Assembly (NCBI GenBank): GCA_038117045.1 | Contig: JAYOFE010000005.1 | Span: 53,078 to 117,077, forward strand | Direction: 5' to 3' | DNA: 64,000 nucleotides | DNA from: Alphaproteobacteria bacterium | GTDB taxonomy: Bacteria > Pseudomonadota > Alphaproteobacteria > UBA6615 | Part shown: piece after piece, positions 57,297-64,000 of the stretch | How the letters are laid out: the number at the start of each line of letters is the position of its first letter | How positions within the stretch are numbered: the first letter of the stretch is position 1 | Program-made: the position numbers and the translations under genes | Notes under the pieces: generated by a model | Seen by the model: only the letters and a program-made list of their open reading frames with translations | The model's database searches: none | Told to the model about the DNA's origin: nothing

Positions 57297-57320
57297 TCCC
57301 GGCCAACCAGGGGTTTCGGT

Positions 57321-57866
57321 ATGACAGAAGCAACTGAAGGGGCGCCGCCGGCAAGCGGCGCCCCTCAGGATATCCTCGACCACATCCTGACGGTGATGAA
57401 CACCATCGGGTCGGCCTGGATCTTTGTCCTGATGGTGATGATTGACACCGACGCGTTCAGCCGAACGCTGTTCACCCATCCGATACATGGCGTGAATGAG
57501 ATGGTTGAGATGTCGATCGTCGCGATCGTCTTCATGCAGATCGGCGACGCCACAAGGCGCGGGCGTTTGACGCGTTCCGATGGCTTCTACAATCTTGTGC
57601 AGCGTCGTAGGCCGCAGGCCGGAAATGCCATGGGTGCGGTTTTTGATCTCCTCGGCGTGGTGTTCCTGCTGATCGTGCTTTACGGCGCGGTACCGGAACT
57701 TCATGACGCCTGGCGGCTGAATTATTTCGTGGGTGAAGAGGGCCTCTTCACGGTCCCCGAATGGCCGATCAAGTCCGTTATCGTTCTGGGGTGCACGGTG
57801 ACAATGCTCCAGTTCCTGAAATTCGCAGTGCGGCATATCGTGCCGCTGGTGCGTGGATCGCGCTAG
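57321..57866 (+). CDS. dctQ: TRAP transporter small permease (DctQ family)
   Basis: 181 aa, 4 TM segments. Positioned between the DctP and DctM genes. Confidence 0.75.
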   Translation: MTEATEGAPPASGAPQDILDHILTVMNTIGSAWIFVLMVMIDTDAFSRTLFTHPIHGVNEMVEMSIVAIVFMQIGDATRRGRLTRSDGFYNLVQRRRPQAGNAMGAVFDLLGVVFLLIVLYGAVPELHDAWRLNYFVGEEGLFTVPEWPIKSVIVLGCTVTMLQFLKFAVRHIVPLVRGSR

Positions 57867-57892
57867 GCGCGGTCCGGAGAGGTTGAGCCGAA

Positions 57893-59227
57893 ATGGGTGG
57901 CATTGAGGTAGGTATTGCCTCGGTCGTGGTGATCGTCTTCCTGATCTACACCGGCCTTTATATCCCCGTGGCCCTGGGTCTCGTGTCGTTCCTTGGCGTG
58001 TGGTTGATCCGCGGCAACTTCGACATTGCGGTTGCGCTGCTGTCGGAGTCGATTGCCGATACGGTCTCCGAACTCGTCTTTGCGTCTGTCCCCCTGTTTG
58101 CCCTTATGGGGCTGATTGTCAGCAAGGCCGGTCTGGGCAAGGACGTTTACGAGTTCGCGAACTTTGTCTTCTACCGGATCCGCGGGGGACTCGGCATCGC
58201 CACGGTCGCGGCGAACGCGATTTTTGCGTCGATCACTGGCTCCTCGATTGCCTCTGCCTCCGTGTTCACCCGGGTTGCAATCCCTGAGATGCGCCGGTTC
58301 GGCTATCAGCCGAGGTTCACGGTCGGTGTGGTCGCAGGTTCGTCCGTACTTGGCATGCTGATCCCGCCCAGCGCGATGCTCATCATCTATTCCATCGTGA
58401 CCGAGCAGTCGGTCGGGCACATGTTCATCGCCGGCATCATCCCCGGAATCCTGCTGGCGATTTGTTTCGGAATCCTGATCCTCGTCCTGGCCTATGTCGC
58501 CCCGCGCTATGTCGGGGGACAACAGGCGGGCGAGATTGCGGCCGAGGACTGGGCAAAGCTCACCTGGCTGGACCTGGTCAAGAAGATCATCCCGGTTGTG
58601 GTCCTTGTGCTGGTTGTCCTGGGCGGGATCTACGGCGGTGTCGTGACCCCGGTGGAAGCGGGCGCGGCGGGCGCGCTGGCTGCTCTTGTGATCGCGGTCC
58701 TCAAACGCAGTTTCGGTTGGCGCGATCTCTGGGAAGTGCTGGTCGAGACAGGCTATATTACTGCCACGATCCTGTTCCTGATTATCTCGGCATCCATGTA
58801 CAGCCGGATGCTGGGCGTCGCGGCGCTTCCGACCGTGTTCGGAGAGTGGCTCGGGTCCTTCAACCTGACGCTTAACGAACTTATGATCGTCTATGTCGTC
58901 CTGATGGTGCTGCTTGGCACGATCATCGAGACGGCGTCGATCATCCTGATCGTCGTGCCGCTGTTCCTCGTTGTCCTCGAGAGTTTCAACGTGGACCTCG
59001 TGTGGTTCGGCATCGTGACGGTGGTGGGTGCGGAAATCGGCCTGCTGACGCCGCCACTCGGGATTTCCTGTTTCGTCATCAAGAGCGCGATCAACGATCC
59101 GACGATTTCGCTGGCGGATATCTTCGCCGGCGCGTTCCCGTTCGCCGTGATGATGTTCTTCGTCCTGCTGATCCTGATTGCCTATCCGGACCTCAGCCTG
59201 ATCCTCATCCAGCTGGGCTATCTGTAG
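57893..59227 (+). CDS. dctM: TRAP transporter large permease (DctM family)
   Basis: 444-aa polytopic membrane protein with DctM-family sequence; N-terminus MGGIEVGIASVVVIVFLIYTGLYIPVALGL. Confidence 0.85.
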   Translation: MGGIEVGIASVVVIVFLIYTGLYIPVALGLVSFLGVWLIRGNFDIAVALLSESIADTVSELVFASVPLFALMGLIVSKAGLGKDVYEFANFVFYRIRGGLGIATVAANAIFASITGSSIASASVFTRVAIPEMRRFGYQPRFTVGVVAGSSVLGMLIPPSAMLIIYSIVTEQSVGHMFIAGIIPGILLAICFGILILVLAYVAPRYVGGQQAGEIAAEDWAKLTWLDLVKKIIPVVVLVLVVLGGIYGGVVTPVEAGAAGALAALVIAVLKRSFGWRDLWEVLVETGYITATILFLIISASMYSRMLGVAALPTVFGEWLGSFNLTLNELMIVYVVLMVLLGTIIETASIILIVVPLFLVVLESFNVDLVWFGIVTVVGAEIGLLTPPLGISCFVIKSAINDPTISLADIFAGAFPFAVMMFFVLLILIAYPDLSLILIQLGYL

Positions 59228-59295
59228 GCGGACCGGCTGGCGTTCCCCGGGTCGAAACCGCATAATCGCGGCCTTCTGTTACCCAGGGGAATGAG

Positions 59296-60177
59296 ATGAA
59301 GATTTTCAAGGAACGCGTACCCTATTCGGCCATTGTCGATCGCCCGGCGTGGAAGCTGCCCGACGGCAAGCGCATGGCCGTGTGGATCATCGCCAATGTC
59401 GAGGACTGGGATATCGCGCGCCCGATGCCGCGCACGGTCCTGCCGCCGCCGATGGGCGTTCCCCTGCTTCCGGACCTACCCAACTGGTCCTGGCACGAAT
59501 ACGGGATGCGTGTCGGTTTCTGGCGTATCCGCGATGCGCTGCGCGACCGTGGGATCAAGCCGACGATGGCGGTCAACGGGCGCGTTTGCGAGAACTACCC
59601 CCGTATCGCCGAAGCGGCGCTCGAGCTGGACTGGGAGTTCATGGGGCACGGGTATCTTCAGGGCCCGATGCACAAGCACGACGACCAGCAGGAGCAGATC
59701 GACCGCGCGGTCGCGGCCATCCAGAAGTTCTCCGGCAAGAAGGTGCGCGGGTGGGAAAGCCCGGGCCTGACCGAGACCTTCCAGACGATCGACTGCCTGG
59801 CCCGGGCCGGGGTCGAGTATGTCGCCGACTGGGTGCTGGACGACCAGCCGGTGGAGATCGAGACAACCGAAGGCCCGATGCTGTCGGTCCCTTACACGGT
59901 CGAGACCAACGACATCACGATGATGGCGTTGCAACAGCATTCGTCGGACGAGATGTTCAAGCGCTCGAAGGACCAGTTCGACCGGCTCTACCTGGAAAGC
60001 GCTGAGTCCGCGCGGATCATGTCGATCAGCCTGCACATGTACCTGACGGGTGCACCGCACCGGATCAAGTATTTCGAGGATATCCTCGACTACATCCTCG
60101 GCCATTCGGACGTGGCGGTGGTGCCGGGCGAGCAGATCATGGACTGGTATCGCGCCGCACATGGCGGCAACAGCTAG
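59296..60177 (+). CDS. Polysaccharide deacetylase (CE4) family protein (PuuE-like hydrolase fold)
   Basis: 293 aa with CE4 / PuuE-like sequence; internal regions WESPGLTETFQTIDCLARAGVEYVADW and SISLHMYLTGAPHRIKYFEDILDYI. Confidence 0.7.
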   Translation: MKIFKERVPYSAIVDRPAWKLPDGKRMAVWIIANVEDWDIARPMPRTVLPPPMGVPLLPDLPNWSWHEYGMRVGFWRIRDALRDRGIKPTMAVNGRVCENYPRIAEAALELDWEFMGHGYLQGPMHKHDDQQEQIDRAVAAIQKFSGKKVRGWESPGLTETFQTIDCLARAGVEYVADWVLDDQPVEIETTEGPMLSVPYTVETNDITMMALQQHSSDEMFKRSKDQFDRLYLESAESARIMSISLHMYLTGAPHRIKYFEDILDYILGHSDVAVVPGEQIMDWYRAAHGGNS

Positions 60178-60191
60178 CGCAGGCCTTCGCC

Positions 60192-61121
60192 ATGACATTG
60201 CTGATCACGCCGCCCGTTATGGGGTCCGCGGAGTACTGGCGCGACATGATCCAGGCGGAAGCCCCCGATCTTGAAATCCGCTTGTGGCCGGATGTCGGAG
60301 ATACCGCCGACATCCTGTACCTCCTGACGGGGTTTCTCGACCTGGCGGAGTTGCCGGAGCTGCCGAACCTGCGTCTCGTGATGCCGATGTTCGCTGGCTT
60401 TGACCACCTGATGGCCAGCCCGCATATGCCGGATGTGCCCATTGTGCGCACGGGACCGCCGGACGGCGACCCGGCCATGACGGAATATGCGGTCCTGCAC
60501 GTCCTGCGCCACCACCGTCAGATGCCGGATTACCTGGAGCAGCAGTCGCGCAAGGAATGGAAGGTTCGCCCGCAGAAGCAGCCGCACGAGCAGCGTGTGG
60601 GCTTCATGGGGTTTGGGATCCTGGCCCAGCCGCCCGCGCGAATCCTTTCCCGGATGGGCTTTGACGTCGCTGCCTGGACACGGACCGAGCGGCAGGATGA
60701 CGAGATCACGATGTTCCACGGCGCCAGCGGCCTCGCAGACTTCCTTGCGCGGACCGATATCGCGGTGTGCCTGCTGCCGCTGACGGAAGAGACAGTAGGC
60801 ATCCTGGGCACGAAAGCTTTCGCGCAGATGCCGGAAGGCGCCTGTATCGTCAATCTGGGACGAGGCGGTCACGTCGTGGATGCCGATCTGGTTGCGGCGC
60901 TGGATTCCGGGCACCTGTCCGGTGCGACGCTCGACGCCACCAAGCCCGAGCCGTTGCCACAGGACAGCCCGCTCTGGGCGCATCCGCGTGTCACGATAAT
61001 GCCGCACACGGCACGCCGCGTGCGGGCGAACACGGTGGCGCCGCAGGTGGCCGAAATCGTGCGGCGGGACCAGGCCGGAGAACCACAGCTCTGGGCCGTG
61101 GACCGCACGGCCGGATATTGA
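60192..61121 (+). CDS. D-isomer-specific 2-hydroxyacid dehydrogenase family (glyoxylate/hydroxypyruvate reductase A-like)
   Basis: NAD-binding GFMGFGILAQ, catalytic region NLGRGGHVVDADL ... MPHTA. 309 aa. Confidence 0.8.
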   Translation: MTLLITPPVMGSAEYWRDMIQAEAPDLEIRLWPDVGDTADILYLLTGFLDLAELPELPNLRLVMPMFAGFDHLMASPHMPDVPIVRTGPPDGDPAMTEYAVLHVLRHHRQMPDYLEQQSRKEWKVRPQKQPHEQRVGFMGFGILAQPPARILSRMGFDVAAWTRTERQDDEITMFHGASGLADFLARTDIAVCLLPLTEETVGILGTKAFAQMPEGACIVNLGRGGHVVDADLVAALDSGHLSGATLDATKPEPLPQDSPLWAHPRVTIMPHTARRVRANTVAPQVAEIVRRDQAGEPQLWAVDRTAGY

Positions 61122-61159
61122 TCAGCCGGAGACAACCGGCGGAATACGGGGAGAGGAAC

Positions 61160-61954
61160 ATGGCACTCAGTGCAGAACAGGCCGGCAAGGCCGCGGGGAT
61201 CATCCACGACGCGTATCTGGCCGGGACGCCGATCGACGGCCTGCCGGACGATTGCGTACCTGCCAATGCGGCCGATGCCGTGAAGGTACAGGAAGCCCTG
61301 CTTGCGAAGTTCGGCAAGGCGGCAGCCGGCTACAAGGCCGGGTTCACAAATCCCCCCGCGCTGGCCAAGGCGGGACCCGACGGTCCCATGTCGGGCGTCA
61401 TGTTCCGTGACTTCACGATCGGCAGCGGCGGCAGCCTGAAGCGTGCGGATGTCTGGCCGGGCACGCTGATCGAGGCGGAAGTCGCGTTCCGTATGGGCCT
61501 GCCGTTGCCGGTGCGCGATGCGGAGTATTCGCAAGCCGAGGTGCTGGATGCCGTGGACAGCGCGATCATCGCCATCGAGGTGGCGGTCCCGCGCTTTGCC
61601 AATCCGCTCGGACAGCCGGTCCCGTTCCTGTTTGCGGAGAACGGCGCGGCGCTCGGATTCGTCTGGGGCCCGGACATTCCCGACTGGCGGAACCGCGACC
61701 TCAAGACGCTCGATATCGAGTTGTCCTTCGATGGCAAGGCAGTAGCGCAGGGCCTGCCGCTGGAAGCGCGCTGCGACGAAGCCTGGGCGCTGACATGGAC
61801 GGTGAATCATTTCCGGGCCCGGGGCACCGGCATCGAGGCGGGTGATTTCATCACGACTGGCGCTGCGGCGGCACCAACGGTTCTGGGCAACGCCAGCCGG
61901 GTCTCGGCTCTCTACACAGGGATCGGCGACGTTTCTTTCACGGTCGCGGATTGA
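61160..61954 (+). CDS. 2-keto-4-pentenoate hydratase family protein (MhpD/HpaH-like hydratase/decarboxylase)
   Basis: 264 aa from the ATG at 61160 (GGGGAGAGGAAC RBS). Family assignment rests on overall similarity in length and composition. Confidence 0.65.
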   Translation: MALSAEQAGKAAGIIHDAYLAGTPIDGLPDDCVPANAADAVKVQEALLAKFGKAAAGYKAGFTNPPALAKAGPDGPMSGVMFRDFTIGSGGSLKRADVWPGTLIEAEVAFRMGLPLPVRDAEYSQAEVLDAVDSAIIAIEVAVPRFANPLGQPVPFLFAENGAALGFVWGPDIPDWRNRDLKTLDIELSFDGKAVAQGLPLEARCDEAWALTWTVNHFRARGTGIEAGDFITTGAAAAPTVLGNASRVSALYTGIGDVSFTVAD

Positions 61955-62709
61955 TCGCGCGCAGCATCCTCACGGCGTTCCTGGCGCTCTGCCTGATCGG
62001 CAGTGCGTCGGCGGAGGATGCGGACCTCAAGGCGCTGAAGAAGCAGTTCCTGCCCGGGATCAAGGGGGAGGACAACCGCAGGATCATCGATTCATCGGAC
62101 TATCCGTGGAGCGCGATCGGCCGTGTGAACACGCGGATCGGCGGATACTGTACGGGCTCGGTGATCGGGCCGCGCGATGTGCTGACGGCCGCGCACTGTC
62201 TCTGGAACAAGCGCACGCGGAACTGGCTGGTGCCCGATGCGGTTCATTTCCTCGCGGGATACCGGCGTGGTGAGTACATCGCCCTCGGGACGGTCGTGGA
62301 CTACACGCTGGCGGACCCGCTCATCACGCCACTCGACGGCTCACGCTTCAGGCCCAATGACTGGGCCATCCTACGCCTTGCCGAGCCGATCGACGGCATT
62401 ACCGGAAGCCTTCCGCTGGGCCTGTCCGGCACGCCGGTGCGCGAATACATCCAGGCCGGCTACAGCAAGGACAAGCCGCACATCCTGACAGTGGACGAAG
62501 GGTGCCGTGTCGAGGACACTCCCAACAAGGCGCGGCTGCTGCTTCACCATTGCGATGCCGTCAGCGGTGATTCCGGCTCGCCCATCCTCGGGATAACCGA
62601 TGATGCCCTTGTTATCCTGGGTGTCCACGTGGCGACAGGGCGCCCAAAAAGCGGGCAAAGCATCGGTATTGCGATACCGATCGATTCCGTCTCCGACAGT
62701 GTGCGCTAG
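61951..62709 (+). CDS. Secreted trypsin-like serine peptidase (S1 family, glutamyl-endopeptidase-like)
   Basis: Signal peptide MIARSILTAFLALCLIGSASA. Catalytic His in TAAHC and Ser in GDSGSP. Apparent TTG start overlapping the upstream stop (ATTGA). Confidence 0.7.
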   Translation: MIARSILTAFLALCLIGSASAEDADLKALKKQFLPGIKGEDNRRIIDSSDYPWSAIGRVNTRIGGYCTGSVIGPRDVLTAAHCLWNKRTRNWLVPDAVHFLAGYRRGEYIALGTVVDYTLADPLITPLDGSRFRPNDWAILRLAEPIDGITGSLPLGLSGTPVREYIQAGYSKDKPHILTVDEGCRVEDTPNKARLLLHHCDAVSGDSGSPILGITDDALVILGVHVATGRPKSGQSIGIAIPIDSVSDSVR

Positions 62710-62779
62710 CGCCCGGGCTTGTCTTCGGGCCCCGAGCACCATACCTGTCGGTATGCGAGAAACTGGAAAAGACTGACTT

Positions 62780-63382
62780 ATGGCCGAAGCTGACAATCCG
62801 ATGTCCCGAACTCCCGTCCTCGATGCGCTGATCCATCGTTCCTCCACGCCGCCGCGGCTGATGGGCGACGTGGCACCGTCGCGTGCGGAGATCGACCAGA
62901 TGCTGACGGCCGCAGTCACGGCACCGGACCATGGTGCGGTGCGGCCGTGGCGGTTCCACATCATCGAGGGCGATTCCCGGGTCAAGCTGGGTGAATTGTT
63001 CGCCGCGTCCCTGCTGGACCGGGAGCCGTTCGCGCCGACGGCAGCCATCGACAAGGAAAGGAACCGGCCCCTGCGCGCGCCGCTCATCATCGCTGTGTGC
63101 GCCAAGGTCGATCCGTCGCGAGCACCCAAGGTGCCGGTCGTCGAACAGATCGTGGCGGCAGCGGGCGCCATGGAACATCTCGTGCTCGCGGCCCAGGCCA
63201 TGGGGTACGGCGCGATCGTGCTGACCGGCCGCAATGCACATTCCGGCAAGGTCCGCGCGGCTTTCGGTCTGGACTCCGAGGATGAGCTTCTGGGCTTCGT
63301 CTATATCGGCAAGTCCAATGAGCCGACGCCGGTGAAGCCACGCCCCGATGCAGCGGATTTCACCAGCGAATGGAACGGGTAG
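62780..63382 (+). CDS. Nitroreductase family protein
   Basis: 200 aa with nitroreductase-fold sequence; N-terminal region RSSTPPRLMGDVAPSRAEIDQMLTAAVTAPDHGAVRPWRF. Confidence 0.75.
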   Translation: MAEADNPMSRTPVLDALIHRSSTPPRLMGDVAPSRAEIDQMLTAAVTAPDHGAVRPWRFHIIEGDSRVKLGELFAASLLDREPFAPTAAIDKERNRPLRAPLIIAVCAKVDPSRAPKVPVVEQIVAAAGAMEHLVLAAQAMGYGAIVLTGRNAHSGKVRAAFGLDSEDELLGFVYIGKSNEPTPVKPRPDAADFTSEWNG

Positions 63383-63452
63383 GGAACCTGCCCTCCAGAA
63401 CGAAAAATGGCCGGGAACGAGCCCGGCCATTTTGCATCAAAGTTCTGAAGCC

Positions 63453-64000
63453 CTAGAACGTCTCGTTCCAGTGGACCATCGGCAGGCCGGCTACCGGTGA
63501 GGTGAAGTAGGGAAGGTTGGTCGCGCGCAGCGAGCCGACATACACCGTCTTCAGGTCCGGGCCGCCGAAGGTGACCGAGGCGCACCAGGTCGCGATCTCG
63601 CCGCCCATCTCCATCAGCAGGTCGGCGGTGACCTCTTCCTTCTGGAAGGCGTCGTTCATCCGCTTCACTTCTTCCGGGCTGGAATCGTCGAAGATGATAT
63701 GCAGGTCGCCGTCCGGTTTGATGGCGAAGATGCCGTCGTTCATGACATGCGTGCCCCACAGGTTCCCGTAGGAATCGAAGGCAATGCCGTCGATCAGGCG
63801 GCTGTGGTCGCTCGGGCCATAGATTTCCTTGTTGGACAGGCTGCCGTCTGGGCCGATCTTGTAGCGCGCGATGTTCCGTCCGCAGGTCTGGACGACGTAG
63901 AGGTACTCCTCGTTCGCATCCAGCTTGCACTCGTTGGAGAAGTGCACGTCGTCGGCGACGATTCGCACGCCCTTTCCATCCTCGTACAGCAGAATCCGGC
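63453..64000 (-). CDS. SMP-30/gluconolactonase/LRE-like family protein, 3' portion (gene continues beyond window end)
   Basis: C-terminal beta-propeller blades (...DGIAFDSYGNLWGTHV..., ...KTVYVGSLRATNLPYF...). Stop at 63453. The ORF is still open at 64000. Confidence 0.65.
   Translation of the reverse strand, partial: RILLYEDGKGVRIVADDVHFSNECKLDANEEYLYVVQTCGRNIARYKIGPDGSLSNKEIYGPSDHSRLIDGIAFDSYGNLWGTHVMNDGIFAIKPDGDLHIIFDDSSPEEVKRMNDAFQKEEVTADLLMEMGGEIATWCASVTFGGPDLKTVYVGSLRATNLPYFTSPVAGLPMVHWNETF

Noticed and set aside
1-64000. CRISPR arrays, transposases/integrases, tRNA/rRNA genes, defence systems
   Set aside because: No direct-repeat/spacer arrays, no DDE/tyrosine recombinase-like ORFs, no cloverleaf-like conserved RNA segments, and no restriction/abortive-infection-like domains were seen in any frame. 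The window appears to be purely metabolic and transport.

Overview
High-GC (roughly 60-65%) window that looks proteobacterial, probably alphaproteobacterial (inference from the TRAP/Tat/ABC gene repertoire and codon style). It is densely packed with metabolic and transport genes on both strands. I found no rRNA or tRNA genes, no CRISPR array, and no transposase or integrase. Contents from 5' to 3': end of a LivF-like ABC ATPase; class I/II aminotransferase translationally coupled to a form-II CoxL-like molybdopterin hydroxylase large subunit; class IV aminotransferase; two tandem paralogous alpha/beta hydrolases; a four-gene carbohydrate-type ABC importer (Tat-signal SBP, two permeases, MalK-like ATPase); XRE-cupin regulator; alpha/beta hydrolase; TetR; a hydantoinase/oxoprolinase cluster with one HyuA and two tandem HyuB paralogs, followed by a serine hydrolase, two SDRs, an FMN alpha-hydroxyacid dehydrogenase, a TauE/SafE permease and a third SDR; two tandem LysR regulators divergent from an LLM flavin oxidoreductase; an orphan ParA ATPase apparently co-operonic with a Gfo/Idh/MocA oxidoreductase; IclR; family III CoA-transferase; nitroreductase; a PcaR-like IclR with an intradiol ring-cleavage dioxygenase, a HIBADH-family reductase and a 2OG-Fe(II) oxygenase broken by one in-frame amber codon; amtB followed by glnK (unusual order); glycerate kinase; an acyl-CoA-dehydrogenase-like flavin monooxygenase overlapping a TetR gene; a deiodinase-like thioredoxin-fold protein; SDR; three tandem cyclase-family (PF04199-like) paralogs whose putative metal-binding His motif reads QCxTQWDALxH, the first with a Lys/Ala-rich basic N-terminal tail; a HisD-family dehydrogenase next to a divergent TRAP transporter (dctP / dctQM) with a 446-bp structured intergenic region; coxS-coxM without an adjacent large subunit; OsmC-like protein; GST; cytochrome c; GntR divergent from a second TRAP operon (dctPQM, polysaccharide deacetylase, 2-hydroxyacid dehydrogenase, MhpD-like hydratase, secreted S1 protease); nitroreductase; start of an SMP-30/gluconolactonase gene. 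The most interesting candidate for an undescribed system is the 40.1-52.0 kb island: flavin monooxygenase plus TetR, deiodinase-like protein, SDR, three non-canonical cyclase paralogs, HisD-like dehydrogenase and TRAP importer. The one-HyuA-plus-two-HyuB cluster at 13.5-23.2 kb is the second candidate.
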